Assembly (NCBI GenBank): GCA_965140585.1
Contig: OZ223269.1
Span: 160,001-224,000, forward strand
Reading direction: 5' to 3'
Origin: Spirochaetia bacterium
Lineage (GTDB): Bacteria > Spirochaetota > Spirochaetia > UBA9216
DNA length: 64,000 nt
Shown here: in pieces, positions 1 through 8,481 of the stretch
Position numbering within the stretch: position 1 is the stretch's first letter
Layout of the letters: each line of letters starts with the position of its first letter
The notes under the pieces: generated by a model
Database searches by the model: none
Seen by the model: only the letters and a program-made list of their open reading frames with translations
What the model was told of the DNA's origin: nothing
Made by a program: the position numbers and the translations under genes

Positions 1-218
1 TTATCTGCCTGGTCCACTCCTGTTAATGTTATAGTACTCCCGTCCAGGGTATAACTACCTGTACGTGTAGAGAAGACTGTTGTAGAATCCCAGGTTCCGG
101 TCATTTCAGCTGTGTAACTTTCTTCATCAGTAAAAGTAAGTTCATAATCAACATTGACTACTGTGGTTCCTGCAGCATATGCCTCGTACATCTCCGCACT
201 TTTCCATGACTCTGCCAT
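1..218 (-). CDS. Hypothetical protein, partial (runs off window edge); Thr-rich and beta-rich, possibly lipocalin-like
   Basis: Manual translation from ATG at 218: MAESWKSAEMYEAYAAGTTVVNVDYELTFTDEESYTAEMTGTWDSTTVFSTRTGSYTLDGSTITLTGVDQAD..., open to position 1. Confidence 0.5.
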   Translation of the reverse strand, partial: MAESWKSAEMYEAYAAGTTVVNVDYELTFTDEESYTAEMTGTWDSTTVFSTRTGSYTLDGSTITLTGVDQAD

Positions 219-289
219 AGACTGTAATATAAACTGTTTATTTTATCAAAAAAAAAATCGATTATATTTATCTATTCGCACAGATATCT

Positions 290-318
290 TTGACTGCTGC
301 ATTTTTTGGATGTATAAG
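290..318 (+). promoter_or_regulatory. Putative sigma70 promoter of proS
   Basis: TTGACT-N17-TATAAG with TG immediately 5' of the -10; RBS AAGGAG before ATG 429. Confidence 0.5.
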
Positions 319-428
319 AGGTATTGCCATTAAGTTGAATTAATTCAGAAAATATGCGAATATTCCCTCAAAATAATGATTTACATCTAAGCTTTAATAC
401 GGCTTACGGATTCATAAGGAGACTTTAA

Positions 429-2201
429 ATGCGATTCTCACAGATATTCGGACATACACTTAAGGAAGCGCCTTCAGATGCTCAGGCGGTCTCTCATCAG
501 TATTTAATCCGCGGAGGCTACATACACCAGGTTGCCGCCGGACTATTTTCATATCTGCCTCTCGCAAGAAGAGTTCTCAATAAAATTGAAAGAATAATGC
601 ATGATGAAATGGCAAAGATCGGCGGGCAGGAGATAACAATGCCTGTTGTTCTTCCTGCAGATATGTGGAAGGATTCAGGCCGATGGTATCAGATCGGCTC
701 GGAGATGACCCGCCTTAAGGACAGAAAAGACCATGATATGGTGCTCGCAATGACTCACGAGGAAGCCCTCTGTGATCTTGCTAAAAAATATATACGTTCA
801 TACAAGGAAATGCCGTCACTTGTTTATCACATCCAGACCAAATGGCGTGATGACCCCAGACCCCGTGCCGGACTTATTCGTGTGCGTGAGTTCAAGATGA
901 AGGACTCCTACAGTATGGATACCAGCTGGGAAGGTCTTGATAAGCAGTACAGAGCCCACTACCAGGCTTATTTTGATATTTTCCGCCGATGCGGGCTTGA
1001 TGCCATTGCGGTTAAATCTGATACCGGAATGATGGGCGGAAAGATTGCCCACGAGTTTATGTATCTTACCCCTATTGGTGAGGATACAATTATCTACTGT
1101 GACAGCTGCGGCTATAATTCAAACCGCCAGGTTGCCGAGTTTGCAAAAGATAAACCTGAACAGGAAGCTTTGGCTGAAACAGAAAAGGTTGAAACTCCGG
1201 ACTGTAAGACCATCGCGGATCTTGCAGCTTTTCTGAAAATCCCCGAGTCAAAGACCGCAAAGGCCGTGTTTATGGTTGCGACCGTGATGGAAGACAATGA
1301 GGAAAAGGAACAGTTTGTTCTGGCGGTTCTCCGCGGTGACATGGAACTCAACGAAACAAAGCTTGCCAATGCCGTACAGGCAAAAGACCTCAGGCCTGCC
1401 CATGAGGATGAAATTAAGCAGCGAGGTTCAGTTCCCGGATACGGCTCACCAATCGGCGTGAAAGACGCTCTGGTCGTCGTTGACGATCTTGTAGCTGAGT
1501 CTCCTAACCTTGTTGCGGGCGCTAATGAGGAAGGATATCATCTTCTCAATGTGAATTGCGGACGCGACTATAAGGCTGACATTGTTACTGATATAGCTGC
1601 TGCAGATAAGGGCCATAAGTGTATCGAATGCGGTGCGGTCCTCAAAGCCGAGAAAGCTGTAGAGGTTGGAAATATCTTTAAGCTCGGAACAAGGTATTCC
1701 GAATCAATGGGATGTCTCTACCAGGACCAGAATGGAGAACTGCAGCCGATAATAATGGGTTCCTACGGAATAGGAGTAGGGCGGCTTCTAAGCTGTGTGG
1801 TTGAGCAGCATCATGATGATCACGGAATCATCTGGCCGGTAAGTATTGCCCCCTTCCAGGTGCATGTAGTTCTTCTTCATGACAGAAAGGGAACCGAAGC
1901 TCAGGATGTTGCAGAAAAACTTTATGAAGATCTGCAAGCCGCCGGAATTGAGGTTCTGTTTGATGACAGACAGGAAAGCCCCGGGAGCAAGTTTAATGAT
2001 GCTGATCTTATCGGTATTCCGCTTAGAATTACTGTAGGCCGCAGAGCTCTTGAAAAAGGCGGACTGGAGTTTAAATACAGACAGGGCGGAGATGCCGAGA
2101 TAGTTCCCCTGGCGGATATCATTACAAAATGCAAATCTGCAGTTGCCGAACTTGAAAACGGAATCAAAGACTCTATTATCAAGGTAGAATATAAGGACTG
2201 A
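429..2201 (+). CDS. proS: Proline--tRNA ligase (bacterial type with INS editing domain)
   Basis: Motifs MTHEE, KWRDDPRPRAGLIRVREF, EVGNIFKLG, MGSYGIGVGR; C-terminal DADLIGIP anticodon domain. Confidence 0.97.
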   Translation: MRFSQIFGHTLKEAPSDAQAVSHQYLIRGGYIHQVAAGLFSYLPLARRVLNKIERIMHDEMAKIGGQEITMPVVLPADMWKDSGRWYQIGSEMTRLKDRKDHDMVLAMTHEEALCDLAKKYIRSYKEMPSLVYHIQTKWRDDPRPRAGLIRVREFKMKDSYSMDTSWEGLDKQYRAHYQAYFDIFRRCGLDAIAVKSDTGMMGGKIAHEFMYLTPIGEDTIIYCDSCGYNSNRQVAEFAKDKPEQEALAETEKVETPDCKTIADLAAFLKIPESKTAKAVFMVATVMEDNEEKEQFVLAVLRGDMELNETKLANAVQAKDLRPAHEDEIKQRGSVPGYGSPIGVKDALVVVDDLVAESPNLVAGANEEGYHLLNVNCGRDYKADIVTDIAAADKGHKCIECGAVLKAEKAVEVGNIFKLGTRYSESMGCLYQDQNGELQPIIMGSYGIGVGRLLSCVVEQHHDDHGIIWPVSIAPFQVHVVLLHDRKGTEAQDVAEKLYEDLQAAGIEVLFDDRQESPGSKFNDADLIGIPLRITVGRRALEKGGLEFKYRQGGDAEIVPLADIITKCKSAVAELENGIKDSIIKVEYKD

Positions 2202-2229
2202 CCGGACTAATCAGAAAGGTGACCGACGG

Positions 2230-3357
2230 TCAGAATAAATCATCCCAGATGATGCCCTGACCGTTGCCGACACCTCTTTTAACCTTCTTTCCGATAAGCA
2301 TATCGTAATATTCAGGCCCGAGTCCGGGTCTGAGAACTTTTTCTGTTCTAAGAATAACCATATTATCAGGTCCCAGAACCTCACCGCGTTTCAACTTTCT
2401 ACCAGCGTGGATGGAGCGGTTTGTTGTTGTATAGTTTGCTTCTTCAGAGGGGGCAAGATGCTTTATACCGTCGCCGCTGACTTCTTCAACCAGATCTTTT
2501 CCAAACCGGTCACATAGAAAAGTGTACGCCGCATCAGATTCCGGCATGAGATTTTCAACTTCCCTGACTGCATCAGTCATCTGCCGGAACGTTTCAGGAA
2601 CCAGAGCTATTGGATCATCGAGACCTTTTCCCTCTTTTGAAAGGGTGAAATGCTTTTCTATTGCAACCGCTCCGAAATAAGTCGCTATGGACGGCACTAT
2701 TAAAGGATTAGTGCTGTGATCCGAGATCCCCACCGGAATGCCGAGTATTGCATTGAGATTTTTTATGAGCCTAACGTTGTATTCAATTTCAGGTGCTGGG
2801 TAGGATGTTATGCAGTGAAGAAGTATTGTCCTTTCAATACCGCTGATAAGCAGAGCTTTTTCAATATCTCCGAGTGTCGAAACACCCGAGGAAAGAAGCA
2901 TCAGTTCGTCGCCTGCTGCGGCTTCCCTTATGAGTGGAAAGTGATTAAGCTCGGGTGAGGCTATCTTGATAATACTGCAGCCGATTTCACGCATCAGTGC
3001 AAGGCTTCTTGTCCCGAAAGGCGAGGCACAGAACAGAAGGCCCTTTTTCTCGGCTCTTTCTTTCATCTTTAAAAAGAAATCTTTTCCCTGTTCAAGGCTC
3101 CGGAATACATCAAAAAGGGGTGTACTTCCTCCGGGGAGGGGCACATAGCCAGTATCCGGATGTATTATCTCATCAGCAAATATTATCTGTGTTTTAAGGC
3201 AGTCAGCACCAGATTCAGCTGCTGCATCTACAAGCTCCAGAGCTTTGGACAGATCACCGTTATGTGCTGATCCTGTTTCGGCAATTATGAGAACATTATC
3301 CGGCAGCGCGGCCGGTATTTCTGATTTAGTTTCCGCCGTTGTTTTCTGTTTTTTCAT
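2230..3357 (-). CDS. N-acetylneuraminate synthase family protein (NeuB/SpsE-like) with C-terminal SAF domain
   Basis: IIAETGSAHNG, KIASPE, LLHCITSYP, GISDHS, IEKHFT; C-terminal antifreeze-like domain. Confidence 0.88.
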   Translation of the reverse strand: MKKQKTTAETKSEIPAALPDNVLIIAETGSAHNGDLSKALELVDAAAESGADCLKTQIIFADEIIHPDTGYVPLPGGSTPLFDVFRSLEQGKDFFLKMKERAEKKGLLFCASPFGTRSLALMREIGCSIIKIASPELNHFPLIREAAAGDELMLLSSGVSTLGDIEKALLISGIERTILLHCITSYPAPEIEYNVRLIKNLNAILGIPVGISDHSTNPLIVPSIATYFGAVAIEKHFTLSKEGKGLDDPIALVPETFRQMTDAVREVENLMPESDAAYTFLCDRFGKDLVEEVSGDGIKHLAPSEEANYTTTNRSIHAGRKLKRGEVLGPDNMVILRTEKVLRPGLGPEYYDMLIGKKVKRGVGNGQGIIWDDLF

Positions 3358-4765
3358 CCATTAACCTGAACTTAAGCTCAGCTAGATTATCGGACAAAGA
3401 TACCTTATAAATGTGCGGATTTATTAATCTTTTGAAAGTTCTGTCCAGAAATTTAAGATCTTTTATCACTTTTTCCCGAATTTCAGGAAGTTCGGGATTT
3501 TTCAGGCATACTCTGCCGTTTTCAAGCCGCTTTTTGAGCATTGGCACAATTGACCCGTAATCAGCCACAGTCATCGATTTATACCGGTACATAGGGTGGT
3601 TAAAACGGTATTTTCTGTCATCCGAGATATCCTCTTCATGCAGACTTATCAGGTCGGCAATGGGGACATTTCGTTTATCATAAAACCGGTAAAGCTGTTT
3701 TATTCCGGGATTTGTCGTTTTTTCAGGATTATTTGAAAGCTTGATCGTCGGGATAAGTTCTCCATGCTGTTCTCTGGCAACAAGTTTATAGACACCGGTT
3801 AGAGATGAATCTTCGCCTCCGGTTACTAGCTGGGTTCCGACTCCCCATGAATTGATGGGGGCACCGTTTGTTACAAGTTCACGGACTATGTGTTCATTAA
3901 GATCATTTGAAACTGCGATTATTGCATCCTTCAGTCCGGCAGCATCAAGTTTTTCACGGACACGTTCACTAAGGTACTGAAGGTCTCCGCTGTCCAGGCG
4001 GACTCCGAAGTTTTTACCCTGATCCTGAAGTTCTTTTCCGACAATGATTGCGTTTTCTATACCGCTTCCTAAAGTGTCATAGGTATCAATCAGAAGAATT
4101 ACCTTATTAGGATACAGCTCAGCGTAGGCCCTGAAGGCTTCAAGTTCAGATTCGAATGCCATTACCCAGGAATGAGCCATGGTGCCGGTTACTGGAATTC
4201 CGTACTGTCTGCCGGCGAAGGTGTTTGATGTAGCAGTTGCTCCGCCTATAAAAGCCGCCCTTGCCGCTGATAATGAACCGTCCACACCCTGAGCGCGTCT
4301 GAGTCCGAATTCCATTATATTCCCTCCGCCGCTGGCGTTGTAAATCCTGGAACTCTTTGTTGCGATAAGGGTTTGAAAATTAACCGTGTTGAGAAGCATG
4401 CTTTCAATAAGCTGGGCCTCTATAAGGTTTGCCCGTACCGATATAAGCGGTTCATTGGGAAATACTATGGAGCCTTCATCAACTGCTGAAAGCTCACCTG
4501 TGAATCTGAAGTCCTTCAGAAAGTACAGAAAATCCTCGCCGAAGGTTCCCAGGGTTCTGAGGTATTCGATATCGTGTTTTGAGAATTGAAGTGAAGCAAG
4601 CCTGTCAACCAGATTACCAAGTCCGGCAAAAACCGAATACCCGCCCTGAAAAGGATTTTTTCTGAAAAACATCTCGAAGGCGACCTGCGGATTTCTATCC
4701 TGCAGGAAGTACCCCTGCATCATTGTCAGCTCATAAAGGTCGGTTAACAGGGCTGATTTATACAT
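3326..4765 (-). CDS. pncB: Nicotinate phosphoribosyltransferase
   Basis: LLTDLYELTM, EFGLRRAQG, GTMAHSW, LIDTYD, GVRLDSGD, GVYKL. Confidence 0.95.
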   Translation of the reverse strand: MYKSALLTDLYELTMMQGYFLQDRNPQVAFEMFFRKNPFQGGYSVFAGLGNLVDRLASLQFSKHDIEYLRTLGTFGEDFLYFLKDFRFTGELSAVDEGSIVFPNEPLISVRANLIEAQLIESMLLNTVNFQTLIATKSSRIYNASGGGNIMEFGLRRAQGVDGSLSAARAAFIGGATATSNTFAGRQYGIPVTGTMAHSWVMAFESELEAFRAYAELYPNKVILLIDTYDTLGSGIENAIIVGKELQDQGKNFGVRLDSGDLQYLSERVREKLDAAGLKDAIIAVSNDLNEHIVRELVTNGAPINSWGVGTQLVTGGEDSSLTGVYKLVAREQHGELIPTIKLSNNPEKTTNPGIKQLYRFYDKRNVPIADLISLHEEDISDDRKYRFNHPMYRYKSMTVADYGSIVPMLKKRLENGRVCLKNPELPEIREKVIKDLKFLDRTFKRLINPHIYKVSLSDNLAELKFRLMDEKTENNGGN

Positions 4766-6039
4766 TATTTCCTGCTTATCTTATCAAAACCGGTATAAGG
4801 CACAAGTTTTTCAGGAATTCTGATTGAACCGTCTTCCTGCTGGAAGTTTTCAAGGATGGCTACTATGGCTCTTGAGACGGCAATAGCTGTTCCGTTGAGC
4901 ATATGAACATGTTTGTTTTTGTCTCCGTCCCTGTAGCGTATACCGAGCCTTCTTGCCTGGTAATCGGTACAGTTTGAAGTACTTGTAACCTCTCCCCATT
5001 CTCCGTCTTCACCACGGCCGGGCATCCATGCTTCAAGGTCGTATTTCCTGTAGGCAGGTGCTCCAAGGTCTCCGGTACATGTATCTACAACCCGGAATGG
5101 AATCTCAAGGCTGCTGAATATTTCTTCTTCAATGGCTCGCAGTTCCTGATGGTACTGTTCTGATTCTTCAGGTTTACAGAAGATGAACATCTCAACCTTT
5201 GAAAACTGGTGTACCCTGTACAGTCCCTTTGAATACTGTCCGGCACCGCCTGCTTCACGTCTGAAACAGTGCGATAAACCCGCCATTTTAATGGGCATTT
5301 TTTCAGTATCGAGGATTTCGTTGGAGTAGTATCCTCCGAGTGTAATTTCGGCTGTACCGACAAGACAGGTCCCTGTTCCTTCAAGGTTATATATATTTGA
5401 TTCTGCACCTCTGGGGTTGAATCCGATACCTTCAAGGACTTCCTCTTTGGCTATATCCGGAGTGATAGTAGGTGTAAATCCTTTTTTAACAAGGATATCG
5501 AGTGCATACCTGCTGAGGGCAAGTTCAAGCATTACTGCTTCATTCTTAAGGTAGTAGAATTTAGGTCCGGTTACCTTGGCTGCAGTATCGAAATCGATAA
5601 GATCAAGTTCCGCACCTATTTCAACATGATCTTTCGGTTTGAAACTGAATTGCGGAACAGTTCCAACACGCTTGATTTCAAGGTTGTCCTTATCTTCCTT
5701 ACCAACCGGAGCATCAGGATGAGCCATGTTCGGAACTTTGGCTGCTTCAGTGTTAAGTTCAGTTTCAACAGAACCAAGCTCGCCTTCAACAGATGCAATC
5801 TGTTCCTTAAGCTTCTTACCTTCTTCAATAAGGGTATTCCGCTCATTCTGCTCAAGTTTGCCCTTCATCTTTTTAGCGTTTTCATTACGCTGCTGTCTGA
5901 GGGTGTCTGCCTCAATGATCAGCTGATTCCGGCGGTCATATAATTCAATAACGCGGTCAACATCCACTTCCATAAAGCGGTTTTTTACGTTCGCCTTTAC
6001 CGCGTCGGCGTTTTCTTTGATAAATCGTAAGTCCAGCAT
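4765..6039 (-). CDS. serS: Serine--tRNA ligase
   Basis: N-terminal coiled coil, GTAEIT, FRREAG, YRVHQFSKVE, SNCTDYQARR, LNGTAIA. Confidence 0.97.
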   Translation of the reverse strand: MLDLRFIKENADAVKANVKNRFMEVDVDRVIELYDRRNQLIIEADTLRQQRNENAKKMKGKLEQNERNTLIEEGKKLKEQIASVEGELGSVETELNTEAAKVPNMAHPDAPVGKEDKDNLEIKRVGTVPQFSFKPKDHVEIGAELDLIDFDTAAKVTGPKFYYLKNEAVMLELALSRYALDILVKKGFTPTITPDIAKEEVLEGIGFNPRGAESNIYNLEGTGTCLVGTAEITLGGYYSNEILDTEKMPIKMAGLSHCFRREAGGAGQYSKGLYRVHQFSKVEMFIFCKPEESEQYHQELRAIEEEIFSSLEIPFRVVDTCTGDLGAPAYRKYDLEAWMPGRGEDGEWGEVTSTSNCTDYQARRLGIRYRDGDKNKHVHMLNGTAIAVSRAIVAILENFQQEDGSIRIPEKLVPYTGFDKISRK

Positions 6040-6046
6040 GCATAAG

Positions 6047-6075
6047 AGGATACAGATCTAATGTCTGACAGTCAA
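6047..6075 (-). promoter_or_regulatory. Putative sigma70 promoter of serS (apparently leaderless)
   Basis: Minus strand TTGACT-N17-TATCCT, 7 nt before ATG, no SD. Confidence 0.55.
6059..6071. repeat. 13-bp direct repeat copy 1 (TAATGTCTGACAG)
   Basis: Identical to 8441-8453; contains palindrome TGTC-T-GACA. Confidence 0.6.
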
Positions 6076-6113
6076 GATAGCATGATTGCATATTATCAAG
6101 TCTGCAGGCTTGA

Positions 6114-6146
6114 TGTTGATAAAAGCAACAGTTGACAATAGCAACT
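6114..6146. promoter_or_regulatory. Tandem palindromic operator (WGTTG-N7-CAACW x2) overlapping a TTGACA -35 upstream of marR-hgcAB
   Basis: TGTTGATAAAAGCAACA (6114-6130) and AGTTGACAATAGCAACT (6130-6146); TTGACA at 6132-6137. Confidence 0.7.
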
Positions 6147-6167
6147 AAAAGTGCATATATGAAATCC

Positions 6168-6632
6168 ATGGAATCAAATTATGATATCAGAGCTTTCAGA
6201 CACGATTTGAGACGTCTTGAACGTTTTCTTGTAACAAATCTGAAGAGTAATTCAAGCTGCTGCGGTGTAACTTTCAACGAATGCCATATTCTTCTAAGGG
6301 TTGAAGAGGCAGGTGACATTACAATTTCGGATATTGTTGATTATCTTGGAGTAGATAAATCGGTGGTTTCAAGAACTGTTGATGCGCTTGTAAAGAAAAA
6401 CTGGCTTTTAAGAAATGAATCCATCTCTGACAGAAGAACAAGCACCGTTTCTCTTAGTGATGATGGAAAGATTTTTCTGAAAGGATTGAACAGTCAGTGT
6501 GACGATTTTTACATGCCGGTACTTGAAAATATCTCATCTGATAAATTAATTACTGTTATCGATGCCGTAGCAGCACTTTGTGATGCCTTTGAGTCTGCTG
6601 AAATCGACAGGAGCTGCACATGCCGGAAGTAA
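6168..6632 (+). CDS. MarR-family transcriptional regulator, Cys-rich (CCG...C, C-terminal CxC)
   Basis: wHTH ISDIVDYLGVDKSVVSRTVDALVKKNWLLR...SDRR..VSLSDDG; the ORF-track TTG start at 6132 is the -35 hexamer, so ATG 6168 (or 6159) is more likely. Confidence 0.88.
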   Translation: MESNYDIRAFRHDLRRLERFLVTNLKSNSSCCGVTFNECHILLRVEEAGDITISDIVDYLGVDKSVVSRTVDALVKKNWLLRNESISDRRTSTVSLSDDGKIFLKGLNSQCDDFYMPVLENISSDKLITVIDAVAALCDAFESAEIDRSCTCRK

Positions 6633-7615
6633 TACAAATCAGCAGTGATATAACTGCTGGAGATATCATCGACAGAATCAGATACCGTCTTGGCATCGGA
6701 AGAATGAAACTGAAGGTTGAGCCCGGGCTGTATTCTCTTAACAAGCCGGATGAGACCTCTCCTGTACTTGTGACTGCCAATCTTAAAGTTCCCCTTGATA
6801 TTCTACGGAAAAACTTAAAAGAGAGGGCTGCATGGATTCTTGTTCTTGATACGATGGGAGTCAACGTCTGGTGTGCTGCAGGAAAGGGCACCTTCGGAAC
6901 CGAAGAATTGATTCACAGGGTTCAGACAGCAGGATTGAAAGAGTTTGTGAAACATAAAAAACTTATAGTGCCTCAGCTCGGTGCACCTGGGGTGAAGGCT
7001 GTTGCCGTTCAGCGTACTACAGGCTTTCGGGTTTTCTTCGGGCCGGTTGCAGCAGCGGATCTGCCGGCTTACCTTGATAATAGTTTAAAGTGTGACGCGG
7101 ATATGCGCCTTAAAAAGTTCCCCTTATCAGAACGGGCTGAACTGGTACCGCTTCAGCTGATTCAGAGCTGGAAGATATTTCTCGGCGTTGCAGCACTTGT
7201 GCTGCTAAGAGAAGCTGCGTCAAAGGGGATTACAGGCATTAATCCTTCGGCAGTGATCATACCGGCACTGATAACAGTAATCTCAGGTGCCGTTCTTACT
7301 CCACTGCTGCTGCCTATTCTGCCCGGAAGAGCATTTTCTGTAAAAGGGGCAGTATCCGGATTTGTAGTCTCTCTGGCTGTTTTCGGTTTCCTTCCTTCAG
7401 AGCTGAGCATTCCTGCGATTATGCAGAATATTGTACTGGCTGCAGCCGGTTCATCGTTTATCGGGATGTGGTTTACAGGCTCATCAACCTTCACATCATT
7501 GTCAGGGGTTAAAAAGGAAATGAAAATTGCTGTGCCTGTTCAAATTACTTTTGCCGGACTGTCCCTGGTTCTGGGGATACTTCCGTCAATACTGCAGAAG
7601 GCGGGTATTTTATGA
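6620..7615 (+). CDS. hgcA: Mercury methylation corrinoid protein HgcA
   Basis: Cap-helix motif NVWCAAGK, plus PGLY, SPVLVTAN, PQLGAPGV, a C-terminal multi-TM region and FTGSSTFTSLSGVKKEM; RBS AGGAG; followed by hgcB. Confidence 0.97.
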   Translation: MPEVIQISSDITAGDIIDRIRYRLGIGRMKLKVEPGLYSLNKPDETSPVLVTANLKVPLDILRKNLKERAAWILVLDTMGVNVWCAAGKGTFGTEELIHRVQTAGLKEFVKHKKLIVPQLGAPGVKAVAVQRTTGFRVFFGPVAAADLPAYLDNSLKCDADMRLKKFPLSERAELVPLQLIQSWKIFLGVAALVLLREAASKGITGINPSAVIIPALITVISGAVLTPLLLPILPGRAFSVKGAVSGFVVSLAVFGFLPSELSIPAIMQNIVLAAAGSSFIGMWFTGSSTFTSLSGVKKEMKIAVPVQITFAGLSLVLGILPSILQKAGIL

Positions 7616-7920
7616 AATATTTAAGAAATACAGCAACTATCAAAATCGATTTGCAGAAGTGCACCGGATGTTTAATGTGCATAGAGGTTTGTCCTCATGC
7701 TGTTTTTACAGAGGATGGAAGAAAGGTACGTATCAATGATTCAGATTCCTGTATGGAATGCGGAGCCTGTGTTCTCAACTGTTCGTTCAAGGCTCTTTCG
7801 GTCGATAAGGGGGTCGGATGTGCCGAAGCAGTGTTAAACAGCATGATTAAAGGCGGCGAACCATCATGTGACTGCGGGCCATCCTGCAGCGGTGAAGGTG
7901 GAAAATCTTCCTGCTGCTGA
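7612..7920 (+). CDS. hgcB: Mercury methylation ferredoxin HgcB
   Basis: Two CX2CX2CX3C motifs (CTGCLMCIEVC, CMECGACVLNC), GVGCA, C-terminal CC; ATGA overlap with hgcA. Confidence 0.96.
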   Translation: MKYLRNTATIKIDLQKCTGCLMCIEVCPHAVFTEDGRKVRINDSDSCMECGACVLNCSFKALSVDKGVGCAEAVLNSMIKGGEPSCDCGPSCSGEGGKSSCC

Positions 7921-7922
7921 TA

Positions 7923-8363
7923 TTATTCAGCTGCAGGAAGGCTGCCTGGAAGCTGTTCGATCCAGGCCTTTATTTCATCTCTTACCCTTCGGTAATGTGA
8001 GATGGCTTCTTCTTCGGTTTTGGCAGTTTTAGCCAGGGCAGGCGGATCGTCAAAGCCTGCATGAACACGGGTTGTTTTTCCGGGAAAGTATGGGCAGGTC
8101 TCGGCTGCATGTCCGCAGACTGTTACAACATAGTCGAAACTCTGACCGGCTTCTATCATCTCATTAACATTCTTGCTTTTGTGGCCTGATATGTCGATTC
8201 CTGCCTCACCCATCACCTTTACAGCATTGGGGTTTAATCCGTGTGTTTCTATTCCGGCTGAATAGACTTCAAAAATATCTCCCTTAAGAGCTTTGCACCA
8301 GCCTTCGGCCATCTGGCTCCTGCAGGAATTTCCTGTACATAGAAAAAGGATGCTTTTCTTCAT
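7923..8363 (-). CDS. arsC: Arsenate reductase, thioredoxin-coupled (LMW-PTP fold)
   Basis: [14 protein letters not shown]-loop, resolving pair [15 protein letters not shown]. Confidence 0.9.
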   Translation of the reverse strand: MKKSILFLCTGNSCRSQMAEGWCKALKGDIFEVYSAGIETHGLNPNAVKVMGEAGIDISGHKSKNVNEMIEAGQSFDYVVTVCGHAAETCPYFPGKTTRVHAGFDDPPALAKTAKTEEEAISHYRRVRDEIKAWIEQLPGSLPAAE

Positions 8364-8440
8364 AATTTACTCCGTACCAAACATAACTTTATCTGAGCGT
8401 AAAAGTCAATTATTGAGATGTTAGAACTGTGTTAGGATTT

Positions 8441-8453
8441 TAATGTCTGACAG
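8441..8453. repeat. 13-bp direct repeat copy 2 (TAATGTCTGACAG)
   Basis: Identical to 6059-6071. Confidence 0.6.
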
Positions 8454-8481
8454 ATAGAAGTTAATATGATAATCTTTGTAT

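Noticed and set aside
219-428. T-box riboswitch upstream of proS (also checked serS and trpS)
   Set aside because: No T-box GGTGG-ACC motif or terminator/antiterminator; the serS and trpS leaders are too short
6132-6167. ORF-track TTG start of marR
   Set aside because: The TTG is the -35 hexamer inside the operator and has no RBS
6581-6619. In-frame TGC-TGA (Cys-Sec-like) upstream of hgcA, suggesting a selenocysteine N-terminal extension
   Set aside because: There are three in-frame TGAs (6581, 6590, 6599) and no start codon between the last two. They arise from NNT-GAN codon pairs of the overlapping marR frame, and hgcA has its own AGGAG RBS at ATG 6620.
6620-7615. Acetyl-CoA synthase corrinoid subunit (CdhD/AcsC) instead of HgcA
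   Set aside because: The cap-helix Cys motif, TM domain and adjacent HgcB are diagnostic of HgcA
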